Shown: in pieces, positions 30,900 through 45,650 of the stretch | Position numbering within the stretch: the stretch's first letter is position 1 | How the letters are laid out: each line of letters begins with the position of its first letter | Origin: the human T2T-CHM13v2.0 reference genome, Homo sapiens | Assembly: GCA_009914755.4 (NCBI GenBank) | Contig: CP068257.2 | Location: 35,136,001-35,200,000 of the forward strand | Length of the DNA: 64,000 nt | Reading direction: 5' to 3' | Translations under genes and position numbers: made by a program | The notes under the pieces: model-generated | Seen by the model: the letters and a program-made list of their open reading frames with translations, nothing else | Databases searched by the model: none | Told to the model about the DNA's origin: nothing

Positions 30900-33800
30900 T
30901 AATAACATCAAAATGGGGTTCTTGCTTTATCTTTTTTTCTGAGAACTGAAACAGAGTCACCTTACATTTTCTAAAAGTAAATACTACCAGCTTGGTGGCC
31001 AAGTTCATCAGTTCTGTGCTATGTGTCTGAACAGTTATTTTCCCAGCTCTGTACGTATTCTGCTTCAAATACTTCATTTTCCCTTATGAAATTTACATAA
31101 ATTATAATACTAATAAGAAGTTTCTTTACCTACAGAGTGAAGGGGCATCTGAAACACCTGGGCAAACAAAGGAACCTGAAGGTAACGAATTCCTTCCTAC
31201 AGAAGGGCAGCTCCACCCGGCCACTTGGGCCCTTGATTTTACCCCAGGTACCGTCGCCTTCGGGGTAATGACAAGGAAGAATGCCCTGCCCTGCCAGCTG
31301 GCCTGAAAACCAGTGTGCCTTTCACCACCCTGACGCCCTGTGTGTCACCTTCCTCTTTCCCTCTCTCGGCTCCCACCTCTCTTCAGAGCCTTCCCTGCAC
31401 CCCGCCCTGCCAGAGATCAACCAACACGCCAGAGCTCGTTTGCCGGGATGCTTAGCACCAGCTTAACTCTTCACTCAGTGGGACAAGGGGCCTCTTTCTT
31501 TCAGGCAGGGCTTTGCTCCATGACACGCTGGGTTTATGGCCCCCGTGAACGAAACCTGGTTCGGAATCCAATTCTACAACAGATTTTCGTTCAAATGGTT
31601 ATTTTCCATCCCTTGCCCCCAATTCCATTTTCTACCCATCTCTCCCGGCTCTCTGCCTGTGGGGGCTGACCCCTTGAGACCTGGGTGGATTCGTGCTTCT
31701 GGGTGGGTTCTGTGCTGGCAAGACATTTTATATCCTGTTCTCTTACTGAATCCTTGTACTGTTTGTTTAGTTTGATCGTTTATTCTCAAGGTTTCCCAGA
31801 TATACTACAATATCATCCACAGATAGAGTTTTACTTCTTTTCTGATTCTTAGGTCTCCAGTTGGCTTCCGTGTCCACTTGGATTGGGTAATACCTCCAGG
31901 ATGATGCTAAGTATTATAGAAGTGGAGGCAGTGGGTGTATCCTGGCCTTGTTCCTCCTGATCTCTGTGGAAATGCTCTTAGGTTTCCCCAAGAAGCAGGA
32001 TGCTAGCTTTAGGACTCTGGATCTCACCCACTCCCTCCCACCTATGAGTCTTTGGAAAATACTATTTCCTCCCTTGCTATTTCAGGCCCAGGTGGCAGAA
32101 CTCCTCTCTCTGGGGACCCCTCCATTGTGTGTTTTCCCTTCCACAGGATTCTGAGTTGGATCCTGTGTCTGTCTGTGGCCCTGAGAGCTGCAGGTATCGA
32201 CTACAGGCTCAGCATGGTGGGATGGGCTGTATCCTCAACCCTGTTTCAACAGGGACACTTCTGCTAGGAGAGGAGAATGGGCCCAGATGTAAAGCTGCCC
32301 TTCTCCAGGGTTTCCTGAACCTTCTGGTCTCTTTGCCTTCATCTTGCCTCTTCCTGCTCCGTTAAAAAGAAAATGCTTCCCATTTGTTAATTGTTGAGAG
32401 TGTATGCTGCTGTTTTATTTTGCTTGACATCTTACAATCAATCTTCTGTATATGTTTATATATGCTTTTCTATTTAAGCTTTTTTTTTTTTTAAATCTAA
32501 AAAACACAGTACCATACCGCCAAAGGTGTCAGGAAACACGCTCAAATAAGGAAGGGCTCCAAAGACTGCTTTGCCAACAAAATGCCAGTAAAATCTGAAA
32601 CCCAGGTTCAGACACACTGGGAACGTTCCAAAATTTAAAACTTAAAGAACTTCTTTATTCCAGTAAATCAGCTTCCCTGTGAATACCATCAAAATCCTGG
32701 GCTTTAATGAGTAAGGGAATATCAGAGGAAAGGGTGGAGAAGGAAAGGATTTGGACGAGCACAAAATTTAATTTAAAAACTATTATGAGAAGTTTAATTT
32801 CCCCTCCCCCAACCAAACACATAAATCTTTTCCATGCATTTTCTTTGTTTCGGTTTTTCCTAAAAAATCTGGAGAGGGAAAGGCATCTTGAACCATCTGA
32901 AATGACAGAGTCAGTGGAGTCTTTAATAATAAATATGTGTTTATTGGATTCCTATGAATTAAATGACATATTAGCTATATGGGAGGATCCAAGGAAATCG
33001 TAAGCAAAATTGCATTCTCACCGAATGTGTAATCAACCAGGGAGAAAAGACATTGATGGGAAGGATAACGAGTGACATGAGGCCTTGGGCCTCTTAAGGA
33101 GTAGGGACAACAGAGGTGTCAGAGTCCAGGCGGGGATGGCTCACTTCGGCAGGGGTGGTCGGGGCCCAGCACACCCCCAAGTGCACTGAAAGATGCGACC
33201 ATGTAGGGAGAATGAAGCTGGCCTTCACAGTTCATAATTCCATCCACAGGCAGCACTGAGTGCAGCCACATTTCAACATTGGAACTTTCCAGGGCCAAGA
33301 AGCACTGAACACGTCGCAAGAGCATGGACTTCCTAGGTTTTCACCAGGCCACGCATGAGCATGGGGCTGTGGGTGTCGGTGTGCCTCAGCACTGCCACGT
33401 CCACTCTGAGTGCAGGTCCGGCTCAGTTTTGGATGTTCCTCCGAGAGCAGTCCTCCAGGGCCACCGTGGGACGAGGCACCTCTTTGGTAGGCCATTTGCA
33501 CTCCAGCACGGCCTCTGTTCCTAACCACAATGGGCTGCTGGTTCAAGGACTCCCTGCCACAGCCAGGAGGCACAGAAGACCCCATGGAGGCACTTGGCTG
33601 GTTAAGACCCGCAGGGGTCACCTGCCTAGGCTTAGCCTCAATCTCCTTGTAGATAAAACTGGACCCTAACCCTTCACTGCCCAGGGCCCCTAGGGAATAA
33701 ATGTGCCATGCTGCGTGGGATGCCCAAGGAGAGTTCTGTGGCATTTATTTAGCCACACTGGTTCCTCTCCCCTGGTTTCTTTTCATCATCAAATGGACAT

Positions 33801-35212
33801 GATGGAAAGCTCCTTTGCGGTCTTTCTAGGAGAGGAGGCGGCACCTATATTCCAGATGCAGCCATTTCACAACCAGGCGCTGCTTCCTGGTCAGAGCCGC
33901 TCGACCATGAGGATATTCTACAGAAAGAGAACTCAGCTCTCTCCTTCCTACCTCACATGACCCTAAGGAAAGTTAAGAAAAGAGGAAAAGACCTGTGAAG
34001 ATGCCTGATCAGCTGTCAGGGTTACGTAGACACTGGCTGCTGTTATTTACTGTTCCCCGGCTGATAAAATAGCCAGGTCACCTGTGCCGATGACCAGACC
34101 CACCCCCTACCCACCAGCAGGGCTGCCAGGGCTTTCTGGGGAGACGCTGCAGCTTGGTTCTTATTTCCTTTGCTCTGCATCCCTCTGGGTTGACTTGAGT
34201 CTGATCATGGGTTTATTCCATTTCCATTTTGCTAGATTCCCTCCACTCCCTCAAGCTTCTACAAAACTGTGGGGCCACCACTCCCCACAAAAGATTAAAA
34301 CCAAGATGTTTCCTAGAGGTGGCATTTTGTCTTCCTGAAGCTGTTCTGTGCACAGGTCCTCTCCACACTCATGCCAAATGCTCGGTGAAGCGTCTTCCTG
34401 AATGTCCCTAAGGGGCACGTGCCACTGGCAGAGCTGATGGGCACACCTCACTCCCACACATGCTGTGCCGAGCTCATGACTCAGCTGTGCAGGGCCCGCC
34501 CAAGAGTGAGGCAAACACCAACACCGCACAGCGACCCTTTGTCAATGGTGGGGACCTCAGTGGCTTCTCCATCGGAACTTAGGGCTGACGGGCCTCCAGA
34601 CCTACTGTTACACACTGGCCCACGGAATGACCCTCATAAACCCAAGAACAGTAAACAGAGCTTAACATTCTAACGAAATCAAGATTGCTGTGTGTGCTTT
34701 CACAAAATGAAACTGCCTGGAACTTCTCATAACGTTTTTTATGATAAGCATTAAAATGCAAAGAGGAAGATTAAAGTTCCTGCTACAGACCAGAGCAGTA
34801 ATGAGCGTGGGAGGAGGAGCTCTGGGTAGGGTCTGGGAGAGAGGTTTATGTACTGCATTACAGTTGGATATTATTATATAAAATGAGTGTGTTATTAAAA
34901 GGATCCTGAAGTTATAAAAACTCAAAGGAACTTTTACTGAGGATGAATAACTTCTTTGGTAAAGATGAATGACTCTCACGTCCTAGACACTGAGGTGCAG
35001 TCACGTGCCAGAGCTCTTTAATTGCTAGTAGTTGGATTTCGTTGTTTTTGTGGGGCACTTTTTTGCGGGGGAAGGGGCAGAAAGATTAGGAATACATTCT
35101 TTGATTAGGAAAGTTCTAGTGGGTAAGAGAAAGTCCCTCTAGTTAGTAACTGAGAATCTTGATTATCCTACTAGAAAAAGGCAATAAGAAGACGCATCTC
35201 CTATGGCCATAA

Positions 35213-35480
<268 letters not shown>

Positions 35481-36320
35481 AAACAGTACATACCACCTCA
35501 TCCATTTAATGTTACAAACACAATGAAATCAGTAAGTCAGAAAACTGTAGAGTGATGTGGTGAAAAACATTCTTTTTAAATGTAGTTCTACTTATTTTAA
35601 ATACATTTAATTAACTAAAATTATACCAGAATATGGCTTTGGGCTTGATCTACTCAAGTAATTTATACATTTTCCCTATAATTTTGTTTGTGTCCATAAA
35701 CTAGGAAATTTCCATGTAATCTGTATCAAGACAATCACAAATTCTAAATTAGTGAAGACCAAAGTAATGTTTCCCTTTACCATGGTTGGAAGTGTACAGG
35801 ATATTTGGTTTATTAATTTTAAAAATTATGAGAGTAATCCCGACAGTCTGGAAAACAGAAACAAAAGATTTCATCACACATACTAACACAACGATTGCCA
35901 CCTTACGCATTTTCTAGTCCTTTCTCAAAGATGCATGTTTTAAGATTTTAATCTACGAATTAATAATTTATTGAAACCTGCTTTTTACTTTAAGTGGTCT
36001 GAGCATTTCTGTATCTTGCCATAGTCTTTCTGCTGATGGACAATATTCCATTGAGTGAGTGTGTACAGAGTACTTAACTATACATCTTTGTGAGTATGAA
36101 CTTTCCGATGTATCTGATCATTTCTTAAGGGTAGATTACTAGAAGTGGTATCAATGGGTCAAGGATATTAACTTTTTACAACTCCTGATGCCTACTGCCA
36201 CACTGCTTTTCAAGAGGTTGCTCTAATGTACACTCCCACTGGGGTTTGAACAAGGCTTAAAAGTACCTGTTTCATTATATCCTTGCCCACCCTGGGTATT
36301 ATCATTAAAAACCATTTTGG

Positions 36321-36700
<380 letters not shown>

Positions 36701-38639
36701 TTAGGAAGTGGGTCCTATGGTGTTTCCTTGGCTCTTCATTCAGATTGAAGACAGGAAACAACCACATAGACATATTCTGTATCTGGCTGCCTTTCCCATG
36801 ATCTTACGCTTCCGTGGCTCAATGGCTGCCTTTCCCACGATCTTATGCTTTTGATCATCCATGGAGAAAAACGCAAACGGACGCAGGAATGCTCCAATCT
36901 GGGCTGTGAAGGCTCAGACAGGCAGGAGGCTGTCTGCCCAGGAAGGCAGGTCAGAAGCTGCTATTAACCACTCTGGCAGGGCAGTGTTTCTGTCAGCCTG
37001 CAGAGCACTTCAGGTTCTGGGAGCAGCTGATGGCAGAACTGTGGTGTTCTCTCCGTGGAAAAAAAATGAGGAAGTCAGCAAAATGTTCTTAAGCCATTCC
37101 GTCCACCATTTTGTCCATCTGTGTTGATTTGGCAGTGGTGTTGGCAAAGAACCTGGGTGTAGGACAATGTGCTTTGTAAACAGAAGAAAATGAAATGATA
37201 GATGCAGGGGTGCCTTCGTTTGAGCTTGCTTGTATTTAAAGTTGGCTAAATATGCCTCAGCAGAGATCTTTGGGGACATGAATCATAATAGAAAAAAACA
37301 GCAACATATAGGCTTGTCCAAAATAAAACCTGCTCACCGTGCCTCAGGTAACCCTAAGAAGCGTCCTCTGTTGTAAAAACAATTCAAATACATACCAAGT
37401 AGCAAGAATCGCATAAGGAAACCCCACATAGGATGTCCGGGGCAACAACATGCGGACCCCCACCCCTGCCGGAGCCGAGTACACACCAACCCACACATCC
37501 AGGGCTCTGGGCAGCGGTGACTGTTCAGTGAGACCGCTTTCAGCATTTGCGAGAAGCTGCTCACCAACTGCCAAGTTCCTGCTGGGTCGGCCAAGAGGTA
37601 TGAACCAAAAATGAAAAAACATGAAAGGTTTGTTTTTTAAAGGCAATACATCAAACATAAAAAGAGCCCTTTTGTATGAATTTTCAGTGTGGGAGCCAGA
37701 GAGGAGAAAAAATCATTTTCCCTCCTGGGAGGAAGCAGTTTGACCTCACCTGCGACTTTTCTCTTACGGTGTGGATTTTTCTCACCCCATTAAATGTAAC
37801 CTACTCTAGGTGGGTTAGTACCATGTGAGAGAAATAGGGGGTGATGGGGAATATGGCAGACAGGCAGGCTGGGGCTCAGACAGAATGCCGAGCACCCTCG
37901 AGGGTGGGCCCTCGAGGGCCACGGAAGCGGGTGCCACGGGGCTGCATGGAATGCGGCTGCTCCAAGGGGCCTGTTTGCTGGACACACAAGGATTAAGTTT
38001 CCATGGCTCCAAAACCCTTGCAGCCTCCCACCCCACCCCCGGCAAAAGCACTCTTTGCAAAAGGAAAGGAAAAAAGAACAACCAAGTTAGAATGGGGTTA
38101 TCTTCTTACCACTTTCACAAAGAAAGGGCTGGCTGGGATGGACACAGCAGGTTTCCCACTGTGAAGCCATCAGAAAGGCAGCGGAAAAAAACCTCATGGC
38201 AGTTAGGTGTGGGCCAGCCACACAGACAGGAACAAGCGAGCTTTCAAACCTAGAAGGTGAGTGCGCTACCTGTCAGCGTTCACAGGACTTTGCTCTGAAG
38301 AACAGTAAAAGACCATCTCAGCACCGGGTCCCTAAATCCCCTTCCCATTAACCAGGTGCCAATAGTGAAACCTAGAAGGGGACCCTGGTAAATCACCCGG
38401 CGGCTACCCCGCAGGCTCCCAGCGCTACGCTCTGGGGACCGTCAGCCTTTTCTTCTGTCACACAGCAGGAGAATGAGCTCACTTTGGCATCTGTGTGACC
38501 AGGGACGGCTGCCATCTGTGTGTCACTGTTATCAGTGGTCAGAGCAGAAGTAGCAGGTGGAACCATGTGAAATCCCTAACATTCAACCGTTTAGACCTGC
38601 AAAAATGGCTCTTTCCTTCGATTTACCCTGATGATGACA

Positions 38640-38745
38640 AGAAAAGGAGAAGGGGGGGAGGGAAGGGAGAGGGGGAGGGAAGGGATGGAAGGGAAGGGAG
38701 CGGGGGGAGGAGGAGGACGACCATGATCATCAGCCAATTGTGCTA
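38640..38745. repeat. Polypurine (GGGAAG/GGGAGG)n tract, about 100 bp, mirror-repeat rich
   Basis: Reads gaaaaggagaagggggggagggaagggagagggggagggaagggatggaagggaagggagcggggggaggaggagga. Confidence 0.9.
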
Positions 38746-39422
38746 CGTCAGTCCAGAGTGAGCTGCTACTTATGATTTCATTTCCTCCTTAGACTGATGG
38801 GAGCAATGACAATCCCCATTTGTAGATGAGGCACCTGCTCAGAGAACTGAAGTTACTCATCCAGGGTCACATGGCTGTCAAGAGGCATGCCCAGTACCTA
38901 TGACAAACATTCATCCCCAAGTAACGAAGCCAACAACCTGTGTCTCACTCCAGAACCACAGAGCTGTTACAACACGTGGTGCCTCCTGAGCCAGCAGCCA
39001 GGGGCAAGAACGAGAGGATGCAGGGAGAGGCTCTGGGGAAAGGGCTGTGTCCCCTCAGTCATGTGACCCCCAGGCTTTCTAGAGTGACTCATGGTGAGGA
39101 CAGCAAAGATCTCAAAATGCTGTCTAGACCTTAACTCTGCCCATCACCCCATCCATTTGGTTTTGTTTCCCTTTCATTTGCATGTGTAGTCACATGTTCA
39201 GCATCCTTGGGGGCAGCTGCATCTGTGGTCCTCCAGAACCCCAAGCTTTGCAGTTGGACTTGAACCCCTCATGCGCTTTTGATTCCTGATTAAATAACCT
39301 GATTCGAGTTGTTGAGATCTTTAGTTTACATCAAATAATTCTTCTTTCTATTGCTCCATTCACTTCTGCACATTGCCTTAGGTACCGATTCATTTTCTCT
39401 ACGACCCCCGCTGCTTACATGA

Positions 39423-39810
<388 letters not shown>

Positions 39811-42800
39811 AGGATGCAATCTTATTGGTGTGTCACTTTTAGCCCAAGAAGCAAAAAAGTGGAGTGAGTAAGCTGGTAGGATCAACTGTTATTTTTATAT
39901 TAAAACAAACATGTACCAGAATTATGGAGTAAAAATTATGCAAAATTTACAAGCATGTTAGAGATAAATCAGACCTTAAAGAAATTTAGTGCTAGTCAGA
40001 AGCTACATAAATGGTCAGGCATGTGGCTGCTGGTGCAATATTGTCCCTTTACGGCCAAGAGACCTCAGACAAGTTACTTAACCTCTCCCATCGAAAGCAT
40101 CTCTCATGAAGATGCTGCTTCAGTCATAGGGTTGTCAGGAGGATATACCAAGTTAGTGCCTATGTGGACAGCTGTTTAGAAGCCTCAGAGCACCCTGTGA
40201 ATGTGCTTTCAGACCTGCCCTGGATTCTTAGCTTCTACTAAGGACGAGCTACGGGTGTGACTGGGTTACGCTTGGCTCATTCTGGCCTCCCTGCCGCAAC
40301 TTTTCCAAAGAGGCGATCTCTGAGCTCCTGGGAGCAAACCCATGAGGATACAGATGATTCGGCAACTTTGTGCCAGGCCCTCTCCAGGCTCTGGGGTTGT
40401 TTCTGTGAACAAATGCTCTGTCTCTGCACCCAGGGAGCTGGCATTCTAGTATGTGTGTGCAAGGCGGTGGGAGAGAGACATAAATGCATAATGTGTCAAT
40501 GCAGTGAAAACAAAATACAGCAGATAAGGGGTACAAGGAAGGACAAAGGATGGGGTGTTCAAGTGGTCCCTGAAGGCTGCTGCAATAAGGCATTTGTTCA
40601 GAAAGAAGATAGTGAGAGCATACCATGAAGACATGTGACAGAGGACTATTCCAGGCAGAGGCAGCGGCAAGGCCAAAGGCCCTCAGTGGGATTGGAGAGG
40701 AACAAAAAGGTGACCGACGTGGCTGAAGCACACTCTGTGCGTATGGGGTTGGGGGGAATAGGAATAAGGTTTATGCTGGTTGGGGGACAGATTTGGAAGT
40801 GTGCAGGTCATAGTAAGAACTCTGGATTTTTTACTGAATGAAGTAGGAAGCAACACTGAGCCTTTCTAAGCTAACAGGGATGAGATAACTAAGTTACATT
40901 TTAAAGGAATTCACCTGGCTGCCACATGGAAAACAGCCTGGTGGAAGGAAGAAAGAGATGTGTTCTGCACATTTTGAAAGTGGAACAAAGAGGACCTGAT
41001 GATGAACTGAGCTCCTGAAAGGAAGATGGAGTCAAGGGTGAGTTCACGACTTCTGGCACACACAACTCAAGGAAAAAGCGATGTGCCGTTTCCCAAAAGC
41101 AGGAGGCAAGGGCTGAGCAGGCTGGAGGGTGGAATCTGGTGCTGGACTTAGATGTAGCAAGCATAAGATGCCTATGAGACAGCCCACGGAATCCAAGCAG
41201 AAGTCTGGAGTGGGAGGGAGAGGTCTGGGCTAGGATATTCATTTGGGAATCATTATCGTGGAGATGGTTCTTAGAACCATGGGACCAGGAGAGGTCAGCT
41301 AGCGAATGAGTTGGGCTGGAGAGGGGAAGACGTCTGATTAACCTGACTTTGTTCTCTGGCAAAGGCACCAGGTTGAGAATTCAGAAACTCATATCCCTGG
41401 TTTCTTTTTAGCAAACACGAAGCATGGTGACCAAGCCATGTCATCACACTGGAACCGCAAAAAAGAGAAGAAAGGAAATGCGCTTCGTCTTCTGCGAGGA
41501 CACATTGACGGTGCTCAGCTAGCCAGCATCTAGGTCCCACAGAGGGCAGGAGGGATCCGGAAACACTGAGGTCCCCTCCTGAGAGGCTCATGCCCTCACA
41601 TACTTTCTTAATATAATCAAAATGGGAGTAAATGATGACAATATGCAACTTTCCAAATACTGAGGTTCTGGACCAAGCTACTGAAACAGATTTCATAGTT
41701 GCTATGCTCCATACTCTGCCTAGCATACGGTAGTCATTTTATAAACATTTGACAAATAGTTATATTTCTAACAGAAACCAGAAATTTGGGGCCATGACTC
41801 CTTTACAGCTCAAGAAATATGCAAAATTAGTATTCCCTGAGAGACAGATGTCTGAAGGCCCCAAGCAGTCCAACCCTGTCCTGTCATAGCCTGAGACATC
41901 CTGCCTTAGGGAGTAAGTTATTACTAACTGTGGACAAGCTCTGTTTCCCTTTTGGAGGAACTGAGGGCAGAGATCCTGCCATTAATTCCTCCCCCAGTGC
42001 CTGGGATAGTGCCCTGTGCACAGCAAATGCCCAATACATCTAAATAAATGTCAAATGAATGAGCGAATAAATATTCATTAAAAATTAACCAAACAGTTAA
42101 TTTAGGTCATTCAGTGGAAAAAAGAAAAACAGTGAAACTAGAAAAGCATCTTTTTAATTTAAAAGGTTAATTAAGGACAAGGTTTTAAAAAAATATTTTG
42201 GTGGCTTTAGTAAACCAAGCACACCTGGGACTCAAAATAGTTGCAATCTGTAACTCTAAACACAGCCCATTATGTCCCACGAATTAGAAAATGAGGGAAA
42301 GTTGCCTAACTCGCTTCATGATTCTAGTATAATCTCAATTCTTCAACCAGATAGTGGACAAGAAAATAAAAAACCCCAAACACTTAAACACACAGATGTG
42401 AAAATCATGAATAAAATGCTAGTTAACTGAATTCAATGCTACATCTTATGTGTATTATAATCAGATATTGTTTATCCTAGAAATGCAAGGATGGTTTAAC
42501 ATCAGAAAAATGTATCAACATAATACATAACATATGGGTGGGCAAAATGAGGAAAATCACATGATTTTCTGAATAGATGCAGAACAGACATTTGGTAATT
42601 TCAGTAGCCCTAGGTCAGTCCAAATGATCTATTAGTCTGATCAATTTAATGATTTTACTAGATTCTCTAATTCCCAAAAGCATATTTCTTTTTACTATTT
42701 AAGCATTTTACAGCAATCTGTTTTAGATGTATAAGCAGGGCCCACGAGAGCTGTGAGGAACCAGGACTCGGATAATCCAGGGCGTTGGGAGACTTCCCCA

Positions 42801-43063
42801 AACCAGGAAATGATCCCATGCACCATCTGAGCCTTCCAGTCTTCCCACAGACTCTACCAAACATTATCGGGGCCACTAACAAAGAAGGAAGAAAAACTAC
42901 TTTCAATGTTAGCTCTCCCTTTGACTCTTCTACTGAGGGATATGTGGGGGACCCATGTTTATGAATAATAACTTCCAGAAATAAAAATTCAGGAGAGACA
43001 AGCAATGCAGCACCTACAGAAACAAAAATAATCAGACCTAAATCCACAAGTTTATTAAAGTGA

Positions 43064-43406
<343 letters not shown>

Positions 43407-44479
43407 TAACTCATGGCTGTACCATCCAAAGACAGTATTTTGTGCTATGTCTGAAAACCTTCCAATCTGGCCTTAAAACAAATATTCAGCAACATAATAG
43501 AGTGATAATGTCAGAAAAGAGTATTGGCTCCCATATCCACAGTTGTTTTAATAGCATTTAAGACCAACATTTTATAAATATTATTAGAAATAATATTTAT
43601 TTTTTATTAACATTAAAATTAATATAATAAAAATATAATTTTTCTCCTAGCTTTGCTTATGTTTGTGTTTTCATAAATAGTAGAGGGGAGAACTAATGAT
43701 TAATCAATGGGCTGTGCATCACTTGGGAAGTTCCCTGTGTAAAAAGCTCTAAGTTAACATCTTTGCAAAACCATTAGGAAGAATTTCCCAATAATCCATT
43801 TAAACATATCAGATTAATGAGGAATTAAATGCATCTGCACTTATTCTTGGTGTGGATTTCAACTGTTTCTCAAAGCTGAACTGAGCCAGAGCCTGCTCAG
43901 CAGAAGAAAAATTGAGAAGGCTAATGGAGAGAGCCGTTAGCGTAGGATGCAATGGTTTGCAACTTGGTGGGCACACACGGTCTGAAGCCTCACCCTGCCC
44001 TGACGCCTGCATTCCTAATTCTGTGCATTCACATGTTGACTTAACACTGGTTTATTGAGCATTTACTATGTAACACTGTTCTAGAGACCGAGAAATACAG
44101 CAGTAGACCAAGTAGGCTTACGTTCTGGCAGGAGGAGTCAGACACTCAACAAATATGCAAATACAGACACAAATATTGGGTTGTGGGGTTAGAGAAGAAG
44201 TAGTGAGAGCTAAGGATGGTGGGGAGAAGCCCTCTCTGATAAGCTAACACGTGAGCAGAGACTTGAAGGAAGTGAGAGACTCGGGAAGCTACCTTGGCAA
44301 GGAACGATCCGGGCAGGGAGAAGAGTAAACACAAAGGATGGAAGTAGTAGCGTGTGCTTGACCTGAGGCCCAACGAGGAGGCCCAGGCCACTGGATGAAG
44401 TGTGTGCACAGTGTGTGTATGTGTGTGTGCAGGTATTTGGGGGAGGAAGGGAGGCAATCACACAGGGCTTCCAGGGAGG

Positions 44480-45650
44480 TGAGGACTATGAATTTTCACT
44501 TAGCATAATATTTTCAAGATTCACCCATGCTGTCACACAAATTAATATTTTGTTCTTTTATATTGCTTGGATTCCTAGTTGTATTCTAGTAATTTGTTTA
44601 TCCGTTCACCAAATGATGACTATTTATGTTGTTTCCAGTTTGGGGTTATTCAAATAAAGCTGCTATGAATATCTACATACAGTCTTTGTATGGACAAATG
44701 TTTTCATTTATCTTGGAAAGGCATCCATCTATCAACTGATTGACTGACTGATTGATCTGCTCACTATGTATCATCCAGTAATGCCATTCCTAGGGATTTA
44801 CCCAAGATAAATTCCAGACTGTTTTCAAAAGTGGCTGTTATCATTCTGCATTCCCACCAGTAACACGTGAGAGTTCCAGTTTCTCCACATTCTTGTCAAC
44901 ATTTGGTATTGTCAGTCTTTTTTAAGTTCAGCCCTACTAATGCATGTGAAGTGGTATCTTATCATAGTGTTAATTTGCATTTCTCTGAAGACTGGTGACA
45001 CTGAGCATTTTCTCATGTGCCTTTAGGAATTTATAAATTTTCTTTGCTGAAGTGTCTTTTCAAATTTTTGCCTTTTAAAAAAATTGAGTTGTCTTAATAT
45101 TGAGTCGTAAGGTTCTTTATATATTCTGGCTATATGTCCTTTGTCAGATATATGTCTTGCAAATATTTTCTCCCAGTCTGTGGCTTACCTTTTCCATTTT
45201 TAAACTGTGTTTTATAAAAAAAAGAAGTTTTTTTAGATCAAAGTCCATTTTAATCATTTTTTCTTTTATAGTTCATGCTTTTTGTGTCTCATTTAAGAAA
45301 TCTTTCCCTACTCCAATGTCACAAATATATTCTCCGAGAAGCTTAACAGTTTTTGCAACTAAATTTAGGTCTATGATCCGTTTTGACTTAATTTTTCCAT
45401 ATGGTGTCATGTAACAGTTGAGATTTTTTTCCTATGCAGGCAGATATTCAATGGTTCAAGTACCATTTATTGAAATGGCTATCTTTTCTCCACTGAATGA
45501 CCTTGGCACTTTTATCAAACATCAACTGGCCACATACAGGTGAGTCTACTTCTGGACACTTATCCTGTTCCATTCATCTGTATATCTCTATCCTTACACC
45601 AACACGCATAGTCTTGAATACTAGGGCAAGTTAATTTTAAGATGTCTCCT
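44480..45650 (-). mobile_element. Old L1 (L1M/L1P-like) 3' portion (end of ORF2 plus 3' UTR), antisense on the plus strand
   Basis: Plus strand reads tcacttagcataat...tatccgttcacc...gctgctatgaatatctacatacag...attcccaccagtaacacgtgagagttccagtttctccacattcttgtcaacatttggtattgtcag...tttgcatttctctgaagactggtgacactgagcattttctcatgtgcc...atatgtcttgcaaatattttctcccagtctgtggctt. These are close parallels to the reverse complement of the L1 3' end. Confidence 0.75.

Noticed and set aside
33232-33744. 170-aa minus-strand ORF (and overlapping plus ORFs) in a GC-rich block at 33100-33950
   Set aside because: The sequence looks like a degraded LTR or interspersed repeat (an AATAAA-containing segment, gggaataaatgtgccatgctg). 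Overlapping ORFs on both strands are typical of GC-rich non-coding DNA. No homology recognised.
37800-38560. 142-aa plus ORF and overlapping minus ORFs at 37790-38260, plus surrounding GC-rich unique sequence
   Set aside because: No domain similarity, and the overlapping antisense ORFs indicate GC-content artefact. It may be an old LTR or MER element, but I cannot classify it from memory.
40900-41730. Two long minus-strand ORFs (155 and 143 aa) with Ser/Leu-rich translations
   Set aside because: The sequence has the look of an ancient interspersed repeat (MIR/L2/MLT-like), with no start context or splice signals. Not a credible gene.
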